64,000 bases of DNA from Octopus vulgaris (taxonomy: Eukaryota), in assembly GCA_951406725.2 (NCBI GenBank), contig OX597819.1, positions 27,094,001 through 27,158,000 on the forward strand, read 5' to 3'. The notes under the pieces are model-generated. The model searched no databases. It was not told the DNA's origin and saw only the letters and a list, made by a program, of their open reading frames with translations. Shown here piece after piece: positions 28,560 through 42,847 of the stretch. The number at the start of each line of letters is the position of its first letter. Positions within the stretch are counted from its first letter, which is position 1. A program made the translations under genes and the position numbers.

Positions 28560-29122
28560 GAACTTGAGTTCAAATTCCATCAAGGTTGACTTGGCCTTTC
28601 ATCCTTTCAGAGTCGATAAATTAAGTACCGGTTGCGTACTGGGGTCGATCTAATCGAACGGCCCCCTCTCCAAAAGTTTTGGGTCTTGTACCTAGTGTAG
28701 AAATTAATATATTCTTGGCCTAAGGCGGCGAGCTGGCAGAAACTTTAGCACACCGGGCGAAATGATTAGCGGTATTTCGTTGGCCGCTACATTCCGAGTT
28801 CAAATTCCGCCGAGGTCAACTTTGCCTTTCATCCTCTCGGGGTCGATTAAATAAGTACCAGTTACGCACTGGGGTAGATATAATCGACTTAATCCGTTTG
28901 TCTGTCCTTGTTTGTCCTCTCTGTGTTTAGCCCCTTGTGGATAGTTAAGAAATAGGTATTTCGTCTGCCGTTACGTTCTGAGTTCAAATTCCACCGAAAT
29001 CGACTTTGTCTTTCATCCTTTCGGGGTCGATAAATTAAGTACCAGTTGTGTACTGAGGTCGATCTAATCGACTGGCCCCGTCCCCCAAAATTTCGAGCTT
29101 TGTGCCTATACGAGAAAGAATA
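28560..29122 (+). mobile_element. SINE family A: partial copy followed by a copy with two 184-bp internal units
   Basis: gtatttcgt at 28772 and 28956. Confidence 0.9.
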
Positions 29123-30249
29123 TATTCTTGGGCTATATAACGTTTGTCTCTTTTACTTCTCTCTCGCCCTCACGTTAAAATAAGTACGTGTGAAGAAGTC
29201 TTGTGAGAAGTTAGACCAAGTTTCATGTGTATAAGTTTCTGTGTTTTTGTTTCCAACCTCATCTGGTTTTGTTAATTTAAAATTGATCTCATCATCGATT
29301 GTGACCGTAGTTGTTTTTTTAATGTATTTTTCTTTTTGCGTTTTTACCTTTTTTCTTTTAAATAGTGATTCCCAAATGATTCACAAAGGGTATCTAGGTG
29401 CACCTCGATTTTTGAATTGTAATATAACTTGAGGTTTTAAAAGATCCATACAAATGCTTGTCTGACATGAAAAAAAAAAAAAACGTTACTCACATCTATG
29501 ATTTATGTGTCATTAATAAAATATTATTAATAAAACATGAAGACGGCGAGCTGGCAGAATAGTTAACGCTAGAGACAAAATTCTCGGTAACAATTCTTCA
29601 CTTTACATTGTGATTCCACTAAGGATGACTTCGCCTTTCAACCTATTTGGTTGATAGCGTTCATAATTATCAGTTGAGCACTGGGGTGCGTTGTAATTGA
29701 CTAGAACCTCTCACCCACCGAAATTTTCAGGCCTTGTGTAGAAAGAATTAGTAAAACATAGTAAGTGATTGCTTTATATATTTTTCTAAATATTAAGCGG
29801 GGTTTATCGTTCCACATGAAATACACCGGAAATTTATTTTATTTCATCTCCTATGTACCAGGAAGTGAAAAAGATAAAGAACCTCCGAAAAAGGTTGTAA
29901 TTTAAGGGATACATCATTCATATTTCTATAGTCCGTGCGACTACGCTGGTTTTCTTAATTTTTTTTTTCCAGGAAAACTACTCTAAATACGTTTCACATG
30001 GCAGAATAAATCACAACATATTCCACTGTTTATAGCAGGAAAAAAAATTATTTCACTTATACTTCAAACGAAACTAACAAAGGGATATGTTTGAAAGAAA
30101 AAAAAACCATTGAATTTTCTTTTATATAAAAAAAAAACATGTGGAAACCACCTTGTCATTTATACTCAAGATGTTATCTAGTGTAGTCCACATTTTATTT
30201 TTTGGGGTTTTTTTTTGCTATGTTTATATGCTGTTGTTTTGTTGTTGTT

Positions 30250-30525
30250 TGTTCCTGCTCGAGCGAAGCCTGGCTCATAAGGGCTGGTTTCCCGAGTTCA
30301 ATGTTGTATAGGTTCCCCACCTGGATGGGACGCCGGTCCATCACAGGTGAGCTGCTAGATGCAGGAGGAAAGAGTGAGAGAAAATTGTGGCGAAAGAGTC
30401 AGCAGAAGTTCGTCATTACCTTCTGCCGGAGCCGCATGGAGCTTAGATGTTTCGCTCATAAACACACACATTGTCCTGTCTGAGATTCGAACCCGCGATC
30501 CTTCGACAGTGAGACCGCTGTGCCT
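30250..30525 (-). mobile_element. SINE family C (tRNA-derived), diverged
   Basis: Similar to 37670-37879; gggttcgaatc B-box on minus strand. Confidence 0.7.
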
Positions 30526-30705
30526 CCAATGTCTATATACTGCATCTATTTTCCCGCAAGTATTTGGTATGATTATTGCCTATATTACCCTAACATCGTT
30601 GACTTGGGTATTTTTATGTAACCTCATATATTGAGACATTGATGTCAAGTTACTTTTATTGATTATAATGTTGTGTTTATTGGGATTTGAAGGGAATGCT
30701 AACTA

Positions 30706-31108
30706 TCTTAATCTTTATATATAAACGTGAGGTTGTGTGGTGTCTGTCTCCTACGATTTAGATTCCTAACTACTCCCACATTTTGCGGTGCAGTTTAACC
30801 AAAACCGGGTATCTTATAGTCATAATTCATATCGAGCCTTTCTGGGTATTAGCGCTCGTCTACGATGAGTCTACGATTTTAAAAAAATTTACCATCAATT
30901 TTTCCCATTTTTAATGCATTTTTGGCATATATAAGGGAAGTAACTCTCTAAAAATTTATTATTAAATCTCAGAACGTAAAAAGCTACAGTAACACCCTCC
31001 CCCTTTGTGGTTAGCCATATTGAGATGGCTATTATACTTTACATCTCTAAAAATGCTAATATAGTTATTTCCCTTACAAACCCGAACAACGCCGGGCGAT
31101 ACTGCTAG
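30706..31108 (+). mobile_element. Non-autonomous Helitron-like element
   Basis: 5' TC (atctttatatataaa...gtctgtc), 3' GC hairpin cccg-aacaacgc-cggg, then CTAG followed by T. Confidence 0.75.
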
Positions 31109-31119
31109 TAAAAGATAAA

Positions 31120-31865
31120 AGAAACTGATGTAATATCAGCCATTGATGAAATGATCTTAAACTCAGCTATTTGCCCTGAGGAATTTCCAGTAACCTTCCT
31201 AAAAAGAAAAATAAATGCAAATGGACCTAAGCAAAAGGATTCCAGATTTTCTTCCAAAGCGTCCTTGCAAACGGCGAACTTGTCAGAGTGGCATAATATT
31301 TCGTATCCATAAAGGAGGAAGTAGAGCAGAGCCAAAATATTACAGACTTGTCTTTCTGACCTCACTTATCAGTGAAGTTATGGAAAGAATAGTCAGCAGA
31401 AGCTGGTCACGTTCCTAGAAGAGAATGATTTGCTTTCTGACACCTACAAAGAATCTACCTTACATAACTTCTGAAGCGTTATGACTGGATATTGAAACAG
31501 CTTATAAATCGCTCAAATGTGGATGTGATACATCTCGATTTCGCAAAGGCCTTCAATGAGATTGATCACGGGTTGATATACACCAAACTGCGTGAAATCG
31601 GCATAATAGGAAATCTGAGAGAATGGTTATATGACCTGTTACAAGCCAATCTGTAGCAGACAATGAGGTCCCTCTCCAAGGACGCATTAACAGTGAGTGG
31701 ACTGCTTCAGGGAGTTGCTTCGAGACCACTTCAGTCTATCGTGGTCCTCTCGAACAAACTATCGATTATAGAGGCTGTTTCTCTCATTAGTTATGCTTAT
31801 AATACAAAAATAGCACAGTCAAGAATCCGCTTGATGATAATTTTTCTACGGAAAAATCTAGAAGC

Positions 31866-31942
<77 letters not shown>

Positions 31943-32650
31943 AGGAGGAAACTACATTTAATTTAATGCAGGAAAATGTCAAGTCATCTGCAATCGGCAA
32001 GCTTGTGCAAACACTCTGCAGTAAAGTTTTTCAGACCAGATCTCAGAGCCAGGCAATCTCAGAGTCGAAATCAGTTTCTGGGCAACTTTACCTCTTTCCA
32101 TGCATATATATCACCGTGGTGGCGTCAGTGTGTAGATGAATGGAGAGATGGATTTTGAGAACTTTCAAAGCAAAAGACCAGGAAATTATGCTGGTCCAAT
32201 AGAGGAAGTGTGCCCTTAGCCGTCTAGAATACTACTCTCAAGTGTGGTCACCCCATAGTGTCTAATAGTGTAATATGAAACAATTCAATGGTGCTTTAGG
32301 AAGAAGATTGATCAAATAGAGAGAGGCTGAAAGGATTATGACTTTATTCCTTGGATCGAAGGTTAGATAGATTACATTGGGAAGATTCTGGAGGGGCTAA
32401 TAGTAAATTTTGTCAACGGGAGGTATATCAATCTCTAAACAAGATGTCACGACAAAATGCCAAAAGTTCCTACTCCCTACCTCGAGTAAAGACCAGATAT
32501 TGCAATAGCTCGGGATTCGAGGCCCCACAAATATTTAATATCTTGCCAAAAGAATCTGAGGTATCTACATGGAGCGAGAATAGATGTTTTCACGAAGCAC
32601 TTGACCTTCTGCCTATGGGTAAACCTATACTGCGGCAGAGCACACCCTCA
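31120..32650 (+). pseudogene. Decayed CR1/L2-group LINE ORF2 (RT)
   Basis: KGGSRAEPKYYRLVFLTSLISEVMERIV; VDVIHLDFAKAFNEIDHG; LEYYSQVWSP; PQIFNILPK. Confidence 0.85.
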
Positions 32651-33422
32651 TTCATCAAAAGCCAACGGGCATTGTAAGGATGATGATAATGGTGGCGCTC
32701 AAACATGGCCGCAAACTTTGAGGTGGAACACATAAAGGATTGTGCCATTGTTTCCATTAATTCGTGGACCATATTTGTGTTTTTTGTCAGCTGCATAATT
32801 ATGCTTCTGATTTCTCCAGGTGGAATGTGACCGTCGTTATTTGACTATCAAAACAACTATCAGTTTTTACTGGATAAGCTCAAGGAGCTTCGTTTTATCT
32901 CCCATGAGAATTGCAGATATATCAGCAGCTATTTAATTACCAACTTATGACAAATTATATATAAGTGTATATGTGAGCGTAATTTCTTCATAAATATCTT
33001 AAGTGTTTACGTTATAGCTAATTACAATATATATATACACACACACACACATAGCAGACAGCAATGGAGACAGACATAGACAGTCGTGTTTACGAATACA
33101 AACGCATCTGCTTTTGGGTCAAGACACGTGTCACTTATTTTCACGAAACTTTTCTTAAGACTCAATTAATTTAGTATATATATATATATATTAAGTAGAA
33201 GGAGGCGCCTCAGCATATGCAATCAATAAGATGTTAGGGCTACATTGCGAAAACATGCCTATATATGATCCTTAACTGTGGATATGCACCGATGTATGTG
33301 TAATATCATCCATGTTTATATATATGTATATATATATATATATCATATACACACACTTTATAAATTTACAAACAGATATACGCATAGATGCAAATGAATA
33401 CACACGCACATACTATATATAT

Positions 33423-33500
<78 letters not shown>

Positions 33501-33559
33501 TGTGTGTATTTGACTTTATATATGTATATATATACATATATAAATTCAAATCGAATAAC

Positions 33560-34135
33560 CGAACATTGAAAATTAACAATAGAGAACAAGCGAACGTGTG
33601 CATGGAATGTATTAGTTCGATTCTCGGTAAAGGTGGAAATAGAGGGAGGGCTTTTGACGTTGCGATCACAGCTCTTCGTCAGAAAGGAAAACGGAAAGGT
33701 CCAGAGAAGGAAAGATATCACCAACGTCTGTGGTTATATGAGTGAAATGACCGGAATTGGAAAGAGATGGAGAAAGGGGTTTTGGGGGACAGATGTAAAG
33801 TAAAGAAGGAAGAGGGGAAGAAAAGGAGAACTGAAGTAAAATGTAGTGAAGTGAAGTGGGGTGAAGTAAAAGGGCCATGGATAAATTAAAATCATTTCAG
33901 GCCGAGGTGCAAAAGCGACATACTCCAAAAGAATTTCAAGGTAGCGTAATCCAAGGATAGAATAAGAAAGCCCATGTATTAGGTACTCCAAATCAGTCAG
34001 AAGGACGTGGCGGGTCCGTATGAGCGTGCGGTAAATAGTCGAATCGAATAATATAACATTGAAAATAATAATGACAAAATAAGAGGAGATGCACAAGAAG
34101 TGTATTAGTTCTACGCTTTGTAACGTGGTAAAAAG
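33560..34135 (-). mobile_element. Penelope-like non-autonomous repeat with degenerate HHR (33652-33686)
   Basis: Shares accgcacgctca.acggaccc with 48318; minus TTT-CTGACGA-AGAGC-TGT-GATC-GCAACGTC-AAA. Confidence 0.65.
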
Positions 34136-34175
<40 letters not shown>

Positions 34176-34595
34176 CAAGCACATAATACCTGAATACAGA
34201 CAATATATACACACACGACACGCATAGACAAAGATAACTTTCGCCCACAACTATACACTATACACATGTACACTATTTGGTCACAGACTCACATATACAT
34301 GAGCACACACCAACTGCTTTTCACTATACACACCCATGTTAGACTTACTCATCCCTATTCACACATACACACTAACACACACTATTCCCTCACTCTTTCT
34401 CTCTCTCTCTCTCTCTCGCACACACACACTCGCGCACCTTAGGTCGTTGGGGTCACCATTACTGATTTTATTATTATCTCCCTTTCATTCAACCTTTTTT
34501 TCTCTAGTCATCTCACGATGTTGGACCGTTGAACTCTGCGCACTTTTTCTCTCTCCGTTTTTTTTCATTCTCTCTTTATTTTTTCCCTCTTAATC

Positions 34596-34631
34596 CTCTC
34601 TGTCGAAGAGCGTAGGTTCGAAACATCAAAG
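34596..34631 (+). ncRNA. Variant minimal hammerhead motif in a Penelope-like remnant (~34430-34715)
   Basis: CTCT-CTGTCGA-AGAGC-GTAG-GTTC-GAAACATC-AAAG. Confidence 0.55.
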
Positions 34632-34885
34632 GCTTTTCCATTTTTTTCCTGAGCACTAAACTAATACACCTGCTTGTTGATCCTACACCTGTCATCGTCT
34701 TTTTTTTTCTGTAAAGTTGGACTGCACACACACACACACACATGCACCGATAGAATAAGTACCAGGCTTGCAAAAACATATATACTGGAGCCGATTCGTT
34801 CTTCAAGGTGGTGCCTCAGCATGGCCGCAGCCTAATGATTGAGACAAATAAAAGATAAAAGTCTTTTTCATAAACAAATATACAC

Positions 34886-34951
<66 letters not shown>

Positions 34952-35289
34952 GTATATGTGTGTATACGTACGCGTGTGTATATGTTTACATTATGCATAT
35001 GCATAAACTTACTATATCTCTTACTTGTTTCTGTCAGTAATCTGCGGCCATGCCGGGGCATCACCGTTAAGGGTTTAATAGCTCAAAACAATCCCAATAA
35101 TTATTCTTTTAAGCCTGGTACTTATTCTATTCATCGAAACGCTAGATTATGAGGACATAAACAAACAAACACCAGTTTTCAAGCGGCGGTAGAGGAAAAG
35201 ACGCACATACACACACTTTCACTTTCCTTCAACCAAACCCACTCATAAGGCTTTTGTATTACCGGGGCTAGTGTGGAAGACGCCACATA

Positions 35290-35359
<70 letters not shown>

Positions 35360-35509
35360 TTGGACTCGGTCTTTCCCATGTTTAGAGAATGTATCGCAAA
35401 AACATCACACATACTTCTGTGACCTGGTCGTATAAAAGATAAGCTGATGTACAAAATTTCATCTATTTTTGGTGCAAAACAGTTGCCCACAACTTGTAAT
35501 CCTATTTCG

Positions 35510-35735
35510 TTACTACCCACAAGGGGCTAAACACAGAGAGGACAAACAAGGACAGACGAACGGATTACGTCGATTACATCGACCCCAGTCAGTAACTGGT
35601 ACATAATCTATCGACTACGAAAGGATGAACGTCAAAGTCAACCTCGGCGGAATTTGAACTCACAACGTAACGGCAAACGAAATACGGCTTCGCATTTCGC
35701 CCGGCGTGCTAACGTTTCTGCCAACTCGCCGCCTT
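35510..35735 (-). mobile_element. SINE family A
   Basis: Similar to the other family A copies. Confidence 0.88.
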
Positions 35736-35979
35736 ACAGCTTGTAATCCACGTACATAAAGATATATATGCATTCATTATCTTTATATGATATTATGTGC
35801 GTGTGTGTGTATATATATAACAAAGCGGTAACACATTAGTCTAAGTTTATGAGATGTAAATACAGACGCTTCTCCTAGCGATGCTATGACAACTGTTAGT
35901 GTTTTGATAGCTGCATAATTTGTTTTAAAAAACATATGGTGTGTGTCTGTAATGACGCACCATAACAAAGTGGCTCAAC

Positions 35980-36054
<75 letters not shown>

Positions 36055-36297
36055 CAGAGTGATGCAAAAGTAGGTATACAGTTATGAAAAAAAAAACCGT
36101 ACAATACTCGTTCATTTTTAGCAAAAAAATTTAAAGTTACGATAAAAGTATTATTATAGTTATGATAAATGTATTGTGATTAATGACACTGAAAATATCA
36201 AAAATGAGACTAACTAATTTAATGTGCTAAGTATTATAGCAGTAGAATTAAGTATTATAACATTGATGTAATACTGTATAACTACTTTTGGCGTTCA
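36055..36297. mobile_element. Tc1/mariner-type MITE
   Basis: TA-cagagtgatgcaaaagtaggtatacagt ... actgtataactacttttg imperfect TIRs. Confidence 0.55.
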
Positions 36298-36348
36298 GAC
36301 GAGTGTACTGGCATAGATGTGGCAACATTTGAAATTTTATCGAGGTAT

Positions 36349-36419
36349 ATGCAGCTGATGAAGACAAATCAAATCTACGTTGGCAAACGTATTTGAAGAG
36401 TCTAAAACCGGTACTGCAT
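36349..36419 (+). ncRNA. Hammerhead motif with extended stem II, GAAA box mutated
   Basis: ATGCAG-CTGATGA-AGAC..TCAAAT..ACGTT/AACGT..ATTTGA..GTCT-AAAA-CCGGTA-CTGCAT; 6-bp stem I; palindromic ACCGGT. Confidence 0.72.
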
Positions 36420-36599
36420 TATCCGTTTCTAGGTTTTTCATTTTTCAGAGGTAAGACAAATTTTTTTCATGTTTGTTGCACACACACGTCTTTACTAGTA
36501 CATACGCAGTGAAGCTATACAATAGCGTCGTATTTGTTACGATCGCTATTTTCCAGTAAATATCTAAAGATAGATACATAGATATAGATGATAAAAGAC

Positions 36600-36836
36600 G
36601 TTTCCCTTACAAATGCCCGATTGAGCTCACAAAAATCGATGCCAACTGAGCATTATCATGTTTTCGAAAAATATTGGCCATATTCGAACTTCAGGGCATG
36701 TGATCTACCTATGTGCCAAAAATCATTAAAATCAGTTGGACAGTGAGGGAGGAGTTAGAGTAACCTCAAACACACACACAGACAGACACCATTTCGTATT
36801 TATGTATATTGACTAGCACGCCCTCCTGGCCCGTGA
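36600..36836 (-). mobile_element. Helitron-like fragments
   Basis: Shares tttcccttacaaa with the 30.7-31.1 kb element; cagacagacac...tatatt resembles a reverse 5' end; followed by actag + GC-rich segment. Confidence 0.45.
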
Positions 36837-37417
36837 GTATCTTCAGTGAAATCTCCAATCTGTGGGAATAGATCTTAGATATCTGATTCCGTCAAGAGTT
36901 ACAGTTACATTTTCCCCTTTTCTTAAACAGTCTCAAGAACCTTATAAAATATCTAATGGGCGTCATTCCGTTTCCTCTAACTAGGCCATAATATATATGG
37001 TCACTTACAGACACATTTGATTGGCCCTCCGCCTATTTTGACGATGCGCATTCAGTTGTTTGTCGAAGTGGATAACTCATTAAATTCACGTATAATTGAC
37101 TAAATATTCCAAATATGGGTAACACTTTATATAATTCTCAAGCTGAATGGCTGTAGCACAACACATTGCAATGCTGTACCTTTGATTTGTACTACAACTT
37201 TTCCTACAGACCTCCATGCGCACTTTCCGTCTCCTCCCTTTTCTCTCACATGTCTTACGTTGACTCGAGACTAAGATAAAAGATACCTGTCGCAGTCCGT
37301 GCAGTGGAATCGAACCCGAGAACTCATAGTTGCAAAGCAAGCTTTTTAAAACCCTGGTAGTCTTGTAATATCCGGGTGGCATTGAGTACATATTAGGTGA
37401 TCACTGGCAAGTGGAAC

Positions 37418-37490
<73 letters not shown>

Positions 37491-37491
<1 letters not shown>

Positions 37492-37879
37492 TGGGAAGCA
37501 CTCTGTCGGTTACGACGACGAGGGTTCCGGTTGATCCGATCAACGGAACAGCCTGCTCGTGAAATTAACATGTAAGTGGCTGAACACTCCACAGACACGT
37601 GTACCCTTAACGTAGTTCTCGGGGATATTCAGCGTGACACAGAGAGTGACAAGGCCGGCCCTTTGAAATACAGGCACAACAGAAACAGGAAGTAAGAGTG
37701 AGAGAAAGTTGTAGTGAAAGAGTACAGCAGGGATCACCACCATCCCCTGCCGGAGCCTCGTGGAGCTTTTTTAGGTGTTTTCGCTCAATAAACACTCACA
37801 ACGCCCGGTCTGGGAATCGAAAGTGCGATCCTACGACCGCGAGTCCGCTGCCCTAACCACTGGGCCATTGCGCCTCCAC
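37491..37879 (-). mobile_element. SINE family C, full length
   Basis: Minus head gtggaggcgcaatggcccagtggttagggcagcggactcgcggtcgtaggatcgcactttcgattccc. Confidence 0.88.
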
Positions 37880-37916
<37 letters not shown>

Positions 37917-37964
37917 ATACATCAAGACACATATTTTACATAAATGTATGAATCGAATGTGAAA

Positions 37965-38335
37965 GCGTGTGACCCAGTGGTTAGGTTACTCCACTCACGA
38001 CTGAAGGTCGTGGTTTCGATTCCTGGATGTGGTGGTGCGTTGTGCTCCTGAGCAAAACACTCCATTTCACACTTGCTCTGCAATCACATCGACACCTGAC
38101 GCATGTAGAGGCAACGTCGACATGATGGAGAGTGAGTAAATGTACAGTACAACTATTTCATCACTACAAGTACATCAACTGTGCAGGTTGTCCAACAAAA
38201 AGTTGTGGAACCCTCAGCTGCCTTTTACGACTGGAGATTCCACAACTGAGAACACACGCGCCAACAAAGGAGTTTCTCTAGTGGTCGCTCGATCTGGCAA
38301 AAACTGCAGTCTAATCTCCCTCAAATCACATTGAA
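37965..38335 (+). mobile_element. Older tRNA-derived SINE
   Basis: tgacccagtggttagg A-box, ggtttcgattcc B-box, cctgagcaaaacact core. Confidence 0.7.
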
Positions 38336-38392
38336 CTATTTTTAAAGAATAATCACATTCAATAATGTAGTTCTAAACACTACTTAAAACAA

Positions 38393-38564
38393 TTCTATAT
38401 TTAAGAGATGAGGAATTATGTACATTATTTACATTATTTACAATTGACGGATATTTGTCCTCATCTTGTTTATTGTTAATACAACGTTTCAGCTGATATG
38501 TCTTCCAGTCTTCATCAAGTGTCTTGGGCGAATTTCGAACCTGGTTTCTCATTCCTAAGGTATT
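38393..38564 (-). mobile_element. Inverted tail copy of the HHR-SINE (HHR 38479-38522, core TTGATGA)
   Basis: Matches 19491-19653 and is the reverse complement of 39157-39303. Confidence 0.85.
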
Positions 38565-38676
38565 AGGTTGACTCAAGATTACGGGCATATAGCGTAGTGG
38601 TTAAGAGCGCGAGCTACTAACCCCAAGATTCCGAGTTTGATTCCAGGCAGTGACCTGAACTATTATTATTATTATT

Positions 38677-39079
38677 GAGTGAGAGAGCAGTGCATGCCAT
38701 CAAAGTGACACTAGGGTAAAATATACGAAGCCCAGTATACCCATCATGACTACCCGTCTGATAAGGGTACACTAGGCACATGCATCACAACCATATGTGC
38801 GCGACATGGTGATCTCATATCAAAATAAACAGCACATGACTTTGCAGGTGGGGCCCAGTTAGAATTTTCTTTAGGTCGAGTAACCCATCCCACTCCAAAG
38901 GTCCCTGAATAAGGGTTGTTTAAGGGTGTTGAGGCACATATCGTTAGCCACTAAGGGACATGCTCAACTGGTTAAGGTCAAACAACTGACAAGCAAATCT
39001 GTGGTATTGAGCAGAATATTTGCTGTAGCCCATCTTTTATACCAAGACAAAACAATGTACATGATAACACTTCCAATCA

Positions 39080-39080
<1 letters not shown>
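38677..39080 (-). mobile_element. (AAT)n-associated element, second copy
   Basis: Reverse complement of ~13836-14315 with internal indels. Confidence 0.85.
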
Positions 39081-39148
<68 letters not shown>

Positions 39149-39200
39149 ACATCCCAAAATACCTTAGGAATGAGAACCCAGGTTCGAAATTTCCCCCAAG

Positions 39201-39244
39201 ACACCTGATGAAGGCTGGAGGTTATATCAGCCGAAACGTTGTGT
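39201..39244 (+). ncRNA. Minimal type I hammerhead ribozyme, all core nucleotides intact
   Basis: ACAC-CTGATGA-A-GGCTG-gaggttatat-CAGCC-GAAAC-GTT-GTGT. Confidence 0.85.
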
Positions 39245-39994
39245 TAACAACAAACATGATGAGGACAAATACCCGTCAAATGTAAAGAATGTAAATAATG
39301 TACCACTTAAAACGACTGAATGATCATAACTGGAACACTTCTGATAATAATTCTGCTCGATCAGGATCAGCCTGTCTGAAATAGCAGAAAGGGATAAGTA
39401 CTGTGCCATTTCACTTCCCTTTTATTTTTTAAGGAAGAAAACAGCGCTCTTGACCCTTTTCCTTCATCCATGACTGGTGGGTGAAAGCCAAAACTTATCT
39501 TGAAACAGAAGACCTAACTCGAATGCTTCCAACAGTACAGATTGTACTAAAATCATCAAAGGATTGGGTGGTGTTTTTAAACCGGGCAATGGAGAGAAAA
39601 AAAAAAGGTCCTTCCGATGGGCTTCCATAAAGTTTCCGACAACTAAATTTAACTCTGTAGTCGATCCGAGGCTACTTTAAAGGATGCTCAAAATGCTCTG
39701 CGCAATGGAGTCAAACCTGAAACCATGGAGTTTCGAAGTGAACTTTTAACTTACACTTCACATGCCTCTTGAAGAAAGAAGGAAAACAGAAAAAGGCAGT
39801 CAGTCACTCAGACTGACAGTCAAAGATAATGTTCACAGGTTTTACATATGTAAATCAACACCGGAACAGCTTGCACAGAGAGAGTCATGTTTATCTATAT
39901 GTAGTACATATGTATGTATTTGTCTATACTTGTGGGATTGCACACTGTTAGCAGCTGATTAAGCGTATATTGACAGATGTATTCACACACACTT

Positions 39995-40068
<74 letters not shown>

Positions 40069-40429
40069 ATTAGGGAATAAACCCAAACTTACAGGGATAA
40101 ATTAGATTTAGGATTAAATCCAATTTTATAGTATAAATATATTATATTATATTAAATTAGAGATAAAACCACTATTAGGCAAATCAAACAGTGAAAAACA
40201 TAAGCCAATACATAAAATTAATTTTAAAATATAAAAGTTGAAAATAAAAAATTATTCAAATAATTTAAACTTATAAATTTTATATATATATACAAATATA
40301 TATATATATATATGTATGTATATTTTTATATTTATATATTATTTTATTAATTAATTAATTTTTTTTTTTTTATATATCAAAAGTATTAAAAGTTTAATAA
40401 AAGATAAAAGATATATATATATATACAAA

Positions 40430-40695
40430 GGCGCAGGAGTGGTTGTGTAGTAAGTAGTTTGCTTACCAACCACATGGTTCCGGGTTCAGTCCCACTGCGT
40501 GGCACCTTAGGCAAGTGTCTTCTACTATAGCCTCGGGCCGACCAAAGCCTTGTGAGTAAAAAGAAGCCCGTCGTATATATGTATATGTATGTGTGTGTGT
40601 TTGTCTCCCCAACATCGCTTGACAACCGATGCTGGTGTGTTTACATCCCCGTTGGTCGCAGTCAAATGACTGAAGCAAGTAAAGAGTAAAAGAGT
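40430..40695 (+). mobile_element. SINE family B with internal deletions
   Basis: Same head and tail as 26994-27400. Confidence 0.88.
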
Positions 40696-40696
40696 A

Positions 40697-41105
<409 letters not shown>

Positions 41106-41424
41106 TTGGTATAGTTAGTGTACGAATGGATTATAAGCGAATAGATGTGATGTATGTGCATATATATATATATATGTATGTATCCATATGGATGTGTGAG
41201 AGAGAGGCGGGGAGAGAGATGTTTCACTTGGTAGTGATCACCTAATATGTACTCAATGCTACCCGGATATTACAAGACTAACAAGGTTTTTAAAAAAGTG
41301 TAAACAGAAGTTAAGATAAAAACATGAACTAAACACGACAGGGAAAGTTTGAGAGGAAGTAGTGTGGGCAAGGTGGGAGTGTACGGCTATATATGGACGA
41401 AGAAAGTGAAAGAGAATCAAAGAG

Positions 41425-41481
<57 letters not shown>

Positions 41482-41766
41482 AAGCAAGAAAGAAAGGGAC
41501 AAGAAAACACTGGATGTAGAGGTGAAGATAGGGGTGATGTTAAAGGGAACGCATGCTGGTATGTTGAGGACATCCCTGTTAAAAAAATATACCATTTGGG
41601 GGTGGTGGAATATAGACACTTTGTTATCGGATATAATCCATTTTATAAGTGTTGGGAATTTGGGAAAACAGAGTGGGCGAAATAAGAGGGGGTGGGCGGG
41701 TTGGGAAAGCCAGATGGATGGATTGAGATAGATTAACAGTAGAGTATATTGATGGAAATCAAATAT

Positions 41767-41851
41767 ATACATACATACATACATACATACATACATACAT
41801 ACATACATACATACATACATACATACATACATACATACATACATACATACA

Positions 41852-41883
<32 letters not shown>

Positions 41884-42143
41884 CATACATACATACACAT
41901 ACACACATACATACATACATACATACATACATACATACATACATACATACATACATACATACATACATACATGCATACATACATACATACATACACATAC
42001 ATACACACACATACATACATACATACATACATACATACATACATACATACATACATACATACATACATACATACATACATACATACATACATACATACAT
42101 ACATACATACATACATACATACATACATACATACATACATACA

Positions 42144-42173
<30 letters not shown>
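41767..42173. repeat. (TACA)n microsatellite
   Basis: Direct reading. Confidence 0.97.
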
Positions 42174-42176
<3 letters not shown>

Positions 42177-42847
42177 TGCTTTAACTCGGCATAAAAATAC
42201 ATATATACACACATACATAGATACGAGATTGTTTTTTAGTTGAAATATAAAACAGAAACATCAAATTAAGTATATAAAGATTACATGATTCACTTTATTT
42301 CATTTATTAACGAGGAAAAAAATTGAATAGATTCCTTACAAGATACTTCTTCCCTAGTAAAGAAAACAAACAACCAAAAAAGAACCAACCTAACCCCTCT
42401 CTTCTCACTCACATACACACATGTGTGTGTTTGCGTGTGTCTGTGCGTGTCGAGAAGTTCGCTTCACAACCACGTGGTTTCAGGTTCAATCCTTTTTCGC
42501 TTTTTAATGTCATCACGCGCTGACCAATGCATTGTAAGAGTAAATTTGAAAGACGGAATCTGTGTGGAAACTATTGTATGAGAGAGAGAGAGTGTGGTGG
42601 GGGTTATCCCCTGCCACTTGACAACCAGTATTCTTTCCTTTACATCCCTGTAAGCAAGCGGTTTGGCAAAAGGGAACGACAGAATGATTATCCGACTTAA
42701 AAAGTACTGGGTTTGATTTGTTCGACTAAACCCTTCAGGGTTGGGTCCCAGCATGGATGTAGTCTAATGACAGGAACAAGTAAAGATTATGGAAAATTAA
42801 ACAGACAGATGATAATTCTTTCATATCTAATGTAGTATGCAGGATAA

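Larger units (their letters stand above)
38583..39303 (+). mobile_element. tRNA-headed HHR-SINE (copy 2), linker interrupted by an insertion
   Basis: Head 38583-38660, (TAT)n, insert 38677-39080, (TTA)n, tail 39148-39303. Confidence 0.85.

Noticed and set aside
38583-38660. Functional tRNA gene
   Set aside because: Poor acceptor stem, no oligo-T terminator, linked to a repeat tail; treated as a SINE head
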